NCBI GenBank assembly: GCA_965219675.1
Contig: OZ244786.1
Coordinates: forward strand, 3,420,494-3,484,493
DNA from: Candidatus Multivorans sp.
GTDB lineage: Bacteria; Acidobacteriota; Thermoanaerobaculia; Multivoradales; Multivoraceae
Direction: 5' to 3'
DNA: 64,000 nt
The notes below the pieces were generated by a model. That model did no database searches and had not been told where the DNA came from. It saw nothing but the letters and a program-made list of their open reading frames with translations. Below are positions 43,012 to 51,775 of the stretch, one piece after another. Position 1 is the stretch's first letter. Every line of letters begins with the position of its first letter. A program made the position numbers and the translations under genes.

Positions 43012-44123
43012 GTCACCGCGGTCAGGCGCGGCTGAACGCCCATCCGGTTCCACGCGGCGCCAGAGCCGACCGCATCGCACCAGTCCCCATGACCGAGATA
43101 CCAGCGAACGGTCTCGAGCAGACCGGTCTCGAAGTCGTGGCGCGGCGCCCAGCCCAACTCGCGCCTCGCCCTGGTCGAATCGATCGCGTAGCGATGGTCG
43201 TGGCCGGGCCGGTCTTCCACGAAGGTCACCAGTTCCCGATAGCTGCCGATTCCACTGGCCGCGAGCGTCGGGTTCCGCGCGGCCGGAAGCTCCGCTTCGA
43301 CCGCCGTACAGACGGCCTCCACTACCTCGAGGTTCGTTCGTTCCTCGTCGCCGCCCAGGTTGTAGCTCTGCCCCGGCTCGCCACGCCGCAGGACCGCGAG
43401 CAGACCGGCGCAGTGATCATCCACATGAAGCCAGTCCCGCACGTTGGCGCCCTCGCCGTAGACCGGCAGGGGACGCCCGGCGGCGGCATTCAGGATCATC
43501 ACGGGAATCAGCTTCTCGGGATACTGGTACGGCCCATAGTTGTTCGAGCAGTTCGTCACGATCGCCGGCAGGCCGTAGGTCCGACCGTAGGCGCGCACGA
43601 GGTGATCCGCCGCTGCCTTGGAAGCCGAGTAGGGCGAACTCGGGTCGTACCGCGTGTACTCGTGGAACCTCCCCTCGTCACCGAGGCTGCCGAAGACCTC
43701 GTCCGTCGAGACGTGGATGAACCGAAAGGCGGCTCTCTCCTCCTTCGATCGGCCGCTGAGGGCTCCCCTGGCTGCCTCGAGCAGCTCAAACGTGCCGCCG
43801 ATGTTCGTCCGGACGAAGTCCCCCGGACTGTCGATCGAGCGGTCGACATGGCTCTCGGCAGCGAAGTTGAGGACGGCCGTCGGCTGGTGCTCGGCGAAGA
43901 CTCGCCGGACCGCGGCGCGGTCGGCGATGTCTCCACGGACGAAGCGGTAGCGCGGATCGTCGGAAACCGCCTCCAGACTGAGGAGACTGCCGGCATAGGT
44001 CAGCTTGTCGAACACGACGACGCGCCGCTCTCCAGCCGAGTTCTCAGCCAGTGCACTGGCCGTGAAGTTGCAGCCGATGAAACCGGCGCCGCCCGTAACG
44101 AGCAGGGTCTCCCTGGGGGCCAA
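43008..44123 (-). CDS. rfbB: dTDP-glucose 4,6-dehydratase
   Basis: [60 protein letters not shown]. Confidence 0.96.
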   Translation of the reverse strand: MAPRETLLVTGGAGFIGCNFTASALAENSAGERRVVVFDKLTYAGSLLSLEAVSDDPRYRFVRGDIADRAAVRRVFAEHQPTAVLNFAAESHVDRSIDSPGDFVRTNIGGTFELLEAARGALSGRSKEERAAFRFIHVSTDEVFGSLGDEGRFHEYTRYDPSSPYSASKAAADHLVRAYGRTYGLPAIVTNCSNNYGPYQYPEKLIPVMILNAAAGRPLPVYGEGANVRDWLHVDDHCAGLLAVLRRGEPGQSYNLGGDEERTNLEVVEAVCTAVEAELPAARNPTLAASGIGSYRELVTFVEDRPGHDHRYAIDSTRARRELGWAPRHDFETGLLETVRWYLGHGDWCDAVGSGAAWNRMGVQPRLTAVT

Positions 44124-44139
44124 GGCGAGCGACTCCGTC

Positions 44140-45147
44140 TCAGCTTTCGGGGTTCGGCGGCAGCACCGCGGCCGCCGCGTCCAGAACCACGCCGTGAAGG
44201 AGGCCGTTGGTCGCCACCACGCCGCGGTTTCCGTCCAGGGTCCGACCCATGCTGAAATCGAGAGGCTGGCCGTAGGCGTCGGTCACGGCGCCGCCGGCTT
44301 CGGCCACCACGATAAAGCCGGCCGCGTGGTCCCAGATCTTCTCCCGGTACGTCCTGGACGAGGGCAAACGGAGGTAGATCGAGGCATCGCCGCGAGCGAT
44401 CGCCCCGTACTTGCACTGGCTATCCATGCGTACGGGAGGCGCCGTCACGCCAAGTCGCCCAGCGATCCGGGCATGCCGATCATGGTCCGAGTGCATCGCT
44501 TCGGCCGACTCGCAGAACGCGGCGTCGCCCGAGGCGGCAACCGCGGAGACGCCGATCCGTCGCGGCAAGCCCTCGTCCTCCTCGAAGGGCAGCTCGTGGG
44601 CGCCCCGACCGCGAGCGGCAACGAAAAGGCAACCCCGGCCCAGGGCCGAAGGCAGGTTCGGACAGCCGAGCACGCCGCCGACGACCTCGCCGTCCTCCAT
44701 CAGCCCGAGCGCGATCGCGTACTGGTCGCCGCGCAGGAACCCCTTCGTGCCATCGATCGGATCAAGGACCCAGAACCTTCCGCTCGCGCCGCCGGCATCC
44801 GAGCAGCGGTCGATCGCGGCACGCACCTCGTCGGCGGTGACGTCGGGCAACTCGGACCGGACCGCGGCAACGACCTTGTCCAGAGTCTTCCTGCCGTCGG
44901 CTCCTTCCAGAGCCGTCGCGGTTTCCTCGCCAACGATCGCCTCCCCGCACGGCAGCGTGAGGCTGACCAGCGCCTGCGCGGCGTAGTCGGCGACCGTCAC
45001 CGGCGAACGGTCCTCCTTGGTCAGGAAGGACCCCTGAAGCGACTGCTGCAGACCGCGCGTAACCCGGCTCGCGATCCGCACCGACCGAACCGCCGCCGCC
45101 AGTTCTCCGTAGTCCCCATTGTCCAGGTGTCTGCTCCCCGGTTCCAC
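44140..45147 (-). CDS. 3'(2'),5'-bisphosphate nucleotidase, HAL2/SAL1-type
   Basis: KEDRSPVTVADY, DPIDGTKGFLRGDQYA, GCPNL, DSQCKY, EKIWDHAAG. Confidence 0.88.
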   Translation of the reverse strand: MEPGSRHLDNGDYGELAAAVRSVRIASRVTRGLQQSLQGSFLTKEDRSPVTVADYAAQALVSLTLPCGEAIVGEETATALEGADGRKTLDKVVAAVRSELPDVTADEVRAAIDRCSDAGGASGRFWVLDPIDGTKGFLRGDQYAIALGLMEDGEVVGGVLGCPNLPSALGRGCLFVAARGRGAHELPFEEDEGLPRRIGVSAVAASGDAAFCESAEAMHSDHDRHARIAGRLGVTAPPVRMDSQCKYGAIARGDASIYLRLPSSRTYREKIWDHAAGFIVVAEAGGAVTDAYGQPLDFSMGRTLDGNRGVVATNGLLHGVVLDAAAAVLPPNPES

Positions 45148-45185
45148 GCGGCAATGATACGGCCAGACGCCATGCGTGCCACACT

Positions 45186-45773
45186 GTGGCCTTGACGCAT
45201 CGACAGAAAGACGAAGCCGCCATTGTCGCGGCTGCTGTCGAAGGGTCCGAGCGCGCGTTCCAGACTCTGGTCGAGCGCTACCAGCGCCCTGTCTTCAGCC
45301 TGGTCTTCCGCATGGTCCGGGACTACGGCATCGCCGAGGACGTGACCCAGGAGGTCTTCGTCAAGGCCTGGCTGGCTCTCGCCCGCTACGACCCGCGCCG
45401 GCGATTCGCGAGCTGGCTGTTCAAGATCGCGAGCAACGCGGCGATCGATCATCTGCGGCGAAAGAAGCTGCCGACGACTCCGATCGAAACCAGCGATCCC
45501 GACACGTCCTCGATCCTCGACCGGACACCGGACGAACGAGCGGAGTCCGCCGACACCCTGGTCAAGAGGCATGAACTGGCGGCCGCCCTGGACGCCACGG
45601 TGGCGGCCCTCCGGCCGGAGTACCGGCTCGTCGTCCTGTTGCGATTCAAGGAGGAACTGCCCTACCGCGACATCGCGGAGATCACCGGCATGCCGCTCGG
45701 AACCGTGAAGACGAACCTGCGCCGCGCCCGCCGCGAGATCGAACAGCGCCTGCGCTCGGAGGGCGTGGTTTGA
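45186..45773 (+). CDS. ECF RNA polymerase sigma factor, SigW/RpoE-like
   Basis: AEDVTQEVF, FASWLFKIASNAAIDHLRR, YRDIAEITGMPLGTVKT. Confidence 0.92.
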   Translation: MALTHRQKDEAAIVAAAVEGSERAFQTLVERYQRPVFSLVFRMVRDYGIAEDVTQEVFVKAWLALARYDPRRRFASWLFKIASNAAIDHLRRKKLPTTPIETSDPDTSSILDRTPDERAESADTLVKRHELAAALDATVAALRPEYRLVVLLRFKEELPYRDIAEITGMPLGTVKTNLRRARREIEQRLRSEGVV

Positions 45774-45797
45774 AACCGCGGCGATCTTTGCTTCGTA
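45771..45797 (+). promoter_or_regulatory. SigW-type ECF promoter TGAAAC-N17-CGTA overlapping the sigma gene stop codon
   Basis: TGAAAC at 45771-45776 (its TGA is the stop codon) and CGTA at 45794-45797. Confidence 0.6.
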
Positions 45798-45861
45798 GGG
45801 CGAAGGGCATGGTGAACGCCGCAATGACATCGCCGTCGTACAATCGCACGCGCCGCGAGGA

Positions 45862-47709
45862 ATGAACATGCGGAAACGAATCGACCTCCGGACACTCTTC
45901 CAATCGCTCGAGGATCCCGTCCTGCCGGACGGGTTCACAGGCCGCATCATGCGGCAGGTGGCGGCCACGAGCCGGCCGATCGAAGCGGCTGCAGCGCCGC
46001 AATTGCTCGCGTTCCCGATGGCTCGCTGGGCTCAGGCGTCGATCGCCGCGGCAGCGGCCGTCGCGACGCTCCTCCTCGCCGGCATGGCGCTGCTCGTCCC
46101 TTCGACCTGGCTGGCCATGCTGGGCACGCTGGAAGCAACGCTCTTCACTGGAGTCTGGATGCTGACCTGGACAGTCGGGGTCCTGGCCGAGAGCCTCGTG
46201 TTCCTGGGCGGAGCGGCGCGGGTCGGCGAGGCCCTGGACCTCGTCCTGCGTACACCGCAGGTCACGGCGGTGGTCGCTGCAGCGGCCCTGGCCAGCCTGA
46301 CCGCGGTCTTTCTTCTGCACCGGTTCTCGTCGGGACCGGGCGGCCGGCGCCGGGTCCGCGGAGCGCGTGCCGGCGCCCTGCTGCTGGTCGGTGGACTCTG
46401 TTTCACCGGCTCGGCATTCGGTCAACCCCAGGACGCGGGGGAAACCGGGGAGGCCCAGGAGGAGGCGAGCGCGACCCTCGAGGACGCGCGAGAACGCCTG
46501 GACGAAGCACTCGAGGAGGCCGGCGAAGACGCCCGAGGTGCGATCGAGGAGACGATCGAACGGCTGGACGATCTCGAGCGCGACCTGAACGGGGCCGCGG
46601 ACATAGTCGTCGACCTCGACAACCGGGTCGCGTTCGGCAGCACCGTGCGAGTCGGCCAGGGCGAGGTGGTCAACGACATCGTCTCGATCGGTGGCGACGT
46701 CAAGGTCGACGGAGAGGTTCGCGGCGACGCGGTATCGATCGGCGGCGAGGCGAAGATCAACGGCCGCGTAACCGGCGAAGTCGTTTCCATTGGCGGCGAC
46801 ATCGAACTCGGGCCGGAGGCGGAGGTGTTCGGCGACATCGTCACGGTCGGCGGCCAACTGGTGCGCGAAGAGGGATCCTCCGTCCTCGGCGAGGTTTCCG
46901 AGGTCGACTGGGGCGAGTTCAACTGGGATCTGAGCGGCGACTGGTTCGACGGTTGGGACGGCGACTGGTTCCCGCGTGCTGGCGACCGCCCTCCCTTCTT
47001 CCGGTTGGGAAAGGTGTTCGAGTTCGTCCAATCGATCGTCTTCACCTTTCTGCTGATCGCTCTCAGCGGCCTGGTCCTGCTCGTGGCGCCGAAGGGAGTC
47101 GGCCGGGCGAAGTCGGCTGCCGCGTCCGACCTCTGGGTCATGTTCGCCGTCGGCCTGGGCGTGGAGGTCTTCTTCCTTCCCGTGCTGATCATCGTCAGCC
47201 TGCTGCTCACTGTCACGGTCATCGGCATCCCCTTCGCCATCCTTCTCTGGCCCACCGCGCTGATCGGTCTGGCTGCCGCCTTCGTGTTCGGCTACACGGG
47301 CTCGGCTGCGGCAGCGGGCGACTGGTGCCGGCATCGCTTCCAGGGCGCCGGCCGGATAGCCGCCGGCAGCTTCGGCGCTCTGGCGCTCGGCGTCCTCACG
47401 ATCCAGGCCCTCGCCCTCGTGGCCGACCTGCTCGGCTTCCTGGGTCTGCCGTGGTTCTTCCGCGCCATGTTCCGGCTCCCCGGCGTCCTGATCTGCTACC
47501 TGGCCTGGACGATCGGTCTCGGCGCCGTCTTCATGACCCGGTTCGGCACCTCCGACTACGGGCCGGCCGCTTCGACGTTGCCGCCGACACCTTCGCCTGC
47601 GGACGACGCGGGCCCGGGCGCCGACATTCCGGCGGACGCCGAACCGCCGCCGGAGGCGACCGACGACGGCGACCCCAAGCCGCCGATCCCCAGGCCGCCG
47701 GCCGAGTAG
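45862..47709 (+). CDS. Putative anti-sigma fused to bactofilin-like beta-helix and multi-TM domain
   Basis: N-terminal LPDGFTGRIM anti-sigma-like helix plus TMs, internal signal-like segment, four V(S/T)(I/V)GG repeats, C-terminal TM bundle, Pro-rich tail. Confidence 0.65.
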   Translation: MNMRKRIDLRTLFQSLEDPVLPDGFTGRIMRQVAATSRPIEAAAAPQLLAFPMARWAQASIAAAAAVATLLLAGMALLVPSTWLAMLGTLEATLFTGVWMLTWTVGVLAESLVFLGGAARVGEALDLVLRTPQVTAVVAAAALASLTAVFLLHRFSSGPGGRRRVRGARAGALLLVGGLCFTGSAFGQPQDAGETGEAQEEASATLEDARERLDEALEEAGEDARGAIEETIERLDDLERDLNGAADIVVDLDNRVAFGSTVRVGQGEVVNDIVSIGGDVKVDGEVRGDAVSIGGEAKINGRVTGEVVSIGGDIELGPEAEVFGDIVTVGGQLVREEGSSVLGEVSEVDWGEFNWDLSGDWFDGWDGDWFPRAGDRPPFFRLGKVFEFVQSIVFTFLLIALSGLVLLVAPKGVGRAKSAAASDLWVMFAVGLGVEVFFLPVLIIVSLLLTVTVIGIPFAILLWPTALIGLAAAFVFGYTGSAAAAGDWCRHRFQGAGRIAAGSFGALALGVLTIQALALVADLLGFLGLPWFFRAMFRLPGVLICYLAWTIGLGAVFMTRFGTSDYGPAASTLPPTPSPADDAGPGADIPADAEPPPEATDDGDPKPPIPRPPAE

Positions 47710-47750
47710 CGGCGCAGGGGCGGATGCCCGGATCGTAGTAGTCTCCACCC

Positions 47751-50000
47751 ATGCCGGCCCGCGGGCTCGCCAGTCTGGTCCTGCTCGCAGCGCCTCTCGC
47801 CGCTGCCGCGGTCGCCGACGACTCCGTACGCTCCTGTCAGCAGCTACGGGACGGCTCGAACCCGTACTTCGGCACCAGGCTGGCCGACGAGCTTCGAGCC
47901 AAGTTGTCCTCGGCCGGGTCAGACCCCGAGACCCTGGCCCAGCTCGGCAGCGAGCTGCTTCGGCTCGGCGACACCGAGGGAGCGATCCAGCACCTGTCCG
48001 AGGCCATCGCGGCGCTGGATCCCCCAGCCGACATCCGACCGATCATTCCCGAATGGAACCTGGCCCTGGCCCATCTTCAGCGCGCCGAGGATCTGAACTG
48101 TGTCCATCACGCGGGGGTCATGGCGGCGGCCGACGACCCGGTTGCAGGCTCGGGTCGGAGCGGTCGAGCCCTCCGTTCGGCCGACAGTTGCATCCTGCCC
48201 CTCACGCCCTCCGCGGTCCACGCCCGCCCCGAACACGCCCGGGCGGCAGGCGACATGTTCCTCGCCATGCTGCAGGAAGGGCGGCCAAGCGGTACCTGGC
48301 GGCACCGGGCCAAGTGGCTGCTCAACGTCACGCGACGGTTGACCGGCGACTTCCCCGAGGGCGTGCCTGCCCACCTCCGCATCGACGAGAGCGTCTTCGC
48401 CTCCGCTCCGTTCCCGGGTGGACGCTGGCGCAATCTCGGACCCGCACTTGGAGTCGACGCCCTCGATCTCGCGGGCGGTGCGGTCGTTGACGACTTCGAC
48501 GGCGACGGCGTCCTCGACCTGATCACCTCCACGTGGGAGCCGTGCGGGCCTCTGCGGGCGTTCCGAGGCGACGGTCTCGGCGGTTTCGAGGATGTCGGAG
48601 AAGCATGGGGGCTCAGCGGCCAGCTCGGTGGGCTGAACCTGATCCACGCCGACTACGACGGTGACGGCCGCCTCGACCTTCTCGTGCTGCGCGGGGCCTG
48701 GTTGCTGGAGGACGGCCGCATCCGCAACTCGCTCCTGCGCAACGAACTGGGCGGCGACGCCGAGCGCTTCGTCGACACCAGCGAGATCGCCGGCCTGGCC
48801 GAACCCGCGTATCCCACCCAGGCTGCCGCCTGGGGCGACTACGACGGAGACGGCGACCTGGACCTCTATGTCGGCAACGAAGCGAGTGAGGCCCACGAGT
48901 ACCCGTCGCAACTGTTCCGCAACCTGGGCGACGGCACGTTCGAGGACGTGGCGGCCACCGCGGGGGTGAGCAACCTGCGCTACGCCAAGGGCGTCGCCTG
49001 GGGCGACGTGGACAACGACGGCGACCTCGACCTCTACGTCTCCAACTTCGGCGCGAACCGGCTCTACGTGAACGACGGCGGCGTCTTCGTGGACGCCGCG
49101 ATCCCGGCAGGCGTCACCGAGCCGGAGCGCGAGAGCTTCGCGACCTGGTTCTTCGACTACGACAACGACGGCGATCTCGATCTCTTCGTCGGCGACTATC
49201 GCGACCAGGCCACCGAGGTCGTCGCGTCCTACATGGGCTCGGATCCCGGGGTGGGTCAACCTCTTCTCTACCGGAACGACTGCGGGCCGGAGCCCGGCTG
49301 CGACGGCAGGCTGCGGATGACCGAAGTATCCCGGGCATTGGGCATCCGCCGGCCGGCCCTGCCAATGGGAGCGAACTACGGCGATCTGGACAACGACGGC
49401 TGGCTCGACTTCTATCTCGGCACCGGCGAACCGGATCTCGCCAGCCTGATGCCGAACGTGATGTACCGCTACAACGGCCGGCGCTTCGAGGAAGTCACCT
49501 TCGCCGGAGGCTTCGGCCACCTCCAGAAGGGCCACGGCGTCGCCTTCGGCGACCTGGACCGCGACGGGGACATGGACCTTCTCCACCAGCTTGGCGGCTT
49601 CTACCCGACCGACACGTTCGGCAACGCCCTGTTCGAGAACCCCGGAAGCGACAACGCCTGGGTCACCCTGCGCTTCGCCGGCGCCGGTCCCGCCGGCTCG
49701 GGCGCCAACCGTTTCGGCGTCGGTTCGCGTGTCGCGCTGTTCGTCGATGGTCCCGGCGGCAAGAGGACGATCCATCGTGTGGTCGGTTCAGGCGGCTCTT
49801 TCGGCGGCAACAGCATGCAGCTCGAAGTGGGACTCGGAGACGCCGAGAGGATCGACGAGATCCGTGTGGGATGGGCTGGCAGCGGCACGGCCCAGGTCTT
49901 CGAAGGTGTCGAACCGAGAGCGGTGTACAGGGTCAGGGAGCGCGTGGAGCTTCTCGAACGCGTCGCCGCGCCCTCCTTCCGCCTCGGTGGCGACCGATGA
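47751..50000 (+). CDS. CRTAC1 family (FG-GAP/VCBS + ASPIC/UnbV) secreted protein with TPR-like N-terminus
   Basis: Signal peptide, seven DxDxDG repeats, GGFGHLQKGHG, C-terminal GGSFG...EVGLG...W. Confidence 0.85.
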   Translation: MPARGLASLVLLAAPLAAAAVADDSVRSCQQLRDGSNPYFGTRLADELRAKLSSAGSDPETLAQLGSELLRLGDTEGAIQHLSEAIAALDPPADIRPIIPEWNLALAHLQRAEDLNCVHHAGVMAAADDPVAGSGRSGRALRSADSCILPLTPSAVHARPEHARAAGDMFLAMLQEGRPSGTWRHRAKWLLNVTRRLTGDFPEGVPAHLRIDESVFASAPFPGGRWRNLGPALGVDALDLAGGAVVDDFDGDGVLDLITSTWEPCGPLRAFRGDGLGGFEDVGEAWGLSGQLGGLNLIHADYDGDGRLDLLVLRGAWLLEDGRIRNSLLRNELGGDAERFVDTSEIAGLAEPAYPTQAAAWGDYDGDGDLDLYVGNEASEAHEYPSQLFRNLGDGTFEDVAATAGVSNLRYAKGVAWGDVDNDGDLDLYVSNFGANRLYVNDGGVFVDAAIPAGVTEPERESFATWFFDYDNDGDLDLFVGDYRDQATEVVASYMGSDPGVGQPLLYRNDCGPEPGCDGRLRMTEVSRALGIRRPALPMGANYGDLDNDGWLDFYLGTGEPDLASLMPNVMYRYNGRRFEEVTFAGGFGHLQKGHGVAFGDLDRDGDMDLLHQLGGFYPTDTFGNALFENPGSDNAWVTLRFAGAGPAGSGANRFGVGSRVALFVDGPGGKRTIHRVVGSGGSFGGNSMQLEVGLGDAERIDEIRVGWAGSGTAQVFEGVEPRAVYRVRERVELLERVAAPSFRLGGDR

Positions 50001-51775
50001 GAGGCTGCGCCACCGGCGTCGCCGTGAGCGTCGTGTCGACGCTCCTGCCAGGCCTCGCCCAGGCCGATGAGAGCGAGTTGCTCTTCGTCGACGTCACGAA
50101 CAGCGTCGGACTCGACTTCCGTCACTGGAACGGCATGAGCGGCCACCTGTACTACCCCGAGGTGGTCGGCGCCGGCGCCGCACTCTTCGACTACGACAAC
50201 GACGGCGACCTCGACCTCTACCTTGTCCAGGGGAACATCCTCGGCGAGAGCGAGGACCCCACGAGGGCGCCCGTGCCCTGGACCGGCGAATGGCCGCCTC
50301 GTGACCGGCTGTTCCGCAACGACCTCGAGCGCAGCGACGGCCGCAGCACCGTCCGTTTCGTCGACGTCACCGCGGAAAGCGGGATTTCGGCTCCAGGCTA
50401 TGGCATGGGCGTCGTCGCCTCTGACCTGGACAACGACGGCTGGACCGATCTCTACGTGCTGAACCTCGGCGCCAACCAGCTTTGGCGCAACGAAGGCGAC
50501 GGGACGTTCACCGACCGCACGGAGGCCAGCAGCGCGGACGACCCGCGATGGAGCATCGCGGCGGCGGCCGCCGACTACGACGGCGACCTGGACCTCGACC
50601 TCTTCGTCGTGAACTACCTGAACTTCTCCCTGGTCACGCACAAGACCTGCCTGACCGAGCGGGGAGAAATCGACTACTGCCTGCCGAGCGCCTACCAACC
50701 TGTACCCGACCGCCTGCTGCGCAACGACGGCTCCGGGCAATTCACGGATGTGTCGGTGACCGCCGGTCTGGCCGCCTCGCGACCCGGCAACGGCCTGGGC
50801 ATCCTCGCCGCCGACCTGGACGGCGACCGCCGGCTCGACTTCTATGTCGCCAACGACCTGATGCCGAACCACCTGTGGATGAACAACGGCGACGGCGTCC
50901 TGCTCGAGGAAGGTCTGATCAGCGGCGCGGCCCTCAACGCGGAAGGCGAAGCCGAAGCCAGCATGGGGGTCGCCGGCGGCGACTACGACGGAGACGGCGA
51001 CTTCGATCTCTTCCTCACCCACTTCAACCGGGAAACGAACACTCTCTACCGCAACGATTCGGACTCCGGCGCCCCCTCGTTCCGCGACCGCACGAACGCC
51101 ACGGCCCTGGCGCGGCCGAGTTGGGACGCGACATCCTTCGGCACCGCCTTCGTCGATCTCGACCTGGACGGCTGGCTCGACCTGGCGGTCGTCAACGGCG
51201 CCGTGACGTTCGCGGCCGGCAGACCGCGCACAGAGGACGATCCATTCCCCCTGGATCAGCCGAACCAGGTGTTCCTCAACGTGCCAGGCAACGGCAGCAG
51301 CAGGCGCTTCGAAACGGCTCCTGCCGGCTTGCTGGACGGCGCCGACCCTCAGGTGAGCCGCGGTCTCGTCACCGGCGACCTCGACAACGATGGCGACACG
51401 GATCTCGTGATCACGAACAACAACGGACCGGCCCGGCTGCTTCTCAACCAGGCCGGGACCGACGACGACTGGATCGGGCTTGCGCCGCGGGTGGGCACCG
51501 GGCACGCCAGTCGCCCGGCCTCCGGGGTCACCGTCCGCATTCATCGGAGCGGCGCGGCGCCTCTCGTGCGACTCGCGGGCAGCAGCGGCAGCTACGCATC
51601 TTCGAACGACCCCCGCGTCGCGGTGAGCCTGAACGGATCGAAGGTCACGCGAATCGAGGTCCAGTGGCCGGACGGAAGAACCGAGCAGTGGCCGGCGCCG
51701 CCCGCGGCGACTTACACTGACCTCACCCGGGGCTCCGGTCGATGGATAACACCAGTGGAAGACGAGGAACCATGA
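49997..51775 (+). CDS. CRTAC1 family (FG-GAP/VCBS + ASPIC/UnbV) secreted protein
   Basis: FVDVT..GLDFRH, GAGAALFDYDNDGDLD, seven propeller repeats, EASMG, SGSYASSND, QWPDG; ATG at 49997. Confidence 0.87.
   Translation: MRGCATGVAVSVVSTLLPGLAQADESELLFVDVTNSVGLDFRHWNGMSGHLYYPEVVGAGAALFDYDNDGDLDLYLVQGNILGESEDPTRAPVPWTGEWPPRDRLFRNDLERSDGRSTVRFVDVTAESGISAPGYGMGVVASDLDNDGWTDLYVLNLGANQLWRNEGDGTFTDRTEASSADDPRWSIAAAAADYDGDLDLDLFVVNYLNFSLVTHKTCLTERGEIDYCLPSAYQPVPDRLLRNDGSGQFTDVSVTAGLAASRPGNGLGILAADLDGDRRLDFYVANDLMPNHLWMNNGDGVLLEEGLISGAALNAEGEAEASMGVAGGDYDGDGDFDLFLTHFNRETNTLYRNDSDSGAPSFRDRTNATALARPSWDATSFGTAFVDLDLDGWLDLAVVNGAVTFAAGRPRTEDDPFPLDQPNQVFLNVPGNGSSRRFETAPAGLLDGADPQVSRGLVTGDLDNDGDTDLVITNNNGPARLLLNQAGTDDDWIGLAPRVGTGHASRPASGVTVRIHRSGAAPLVRLAGSSGSYASSNDPRVAVSLNGSKVTRIEVQWPDGRTEQWPAPPAATYTDLTRGSGRWITPVEDEEP

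Noticed and set aside
45165-45181. TGGCAC on the minus strand as a sigma-54 promoter
   Set aside because: No TTGC -12 element at the required spacing.
47751-51775. Recurrent GACxxCGACxxCGACGGCGAC DNA repeats
   Set aside because: Explained by protein-level DxDxDG propeller repeats.
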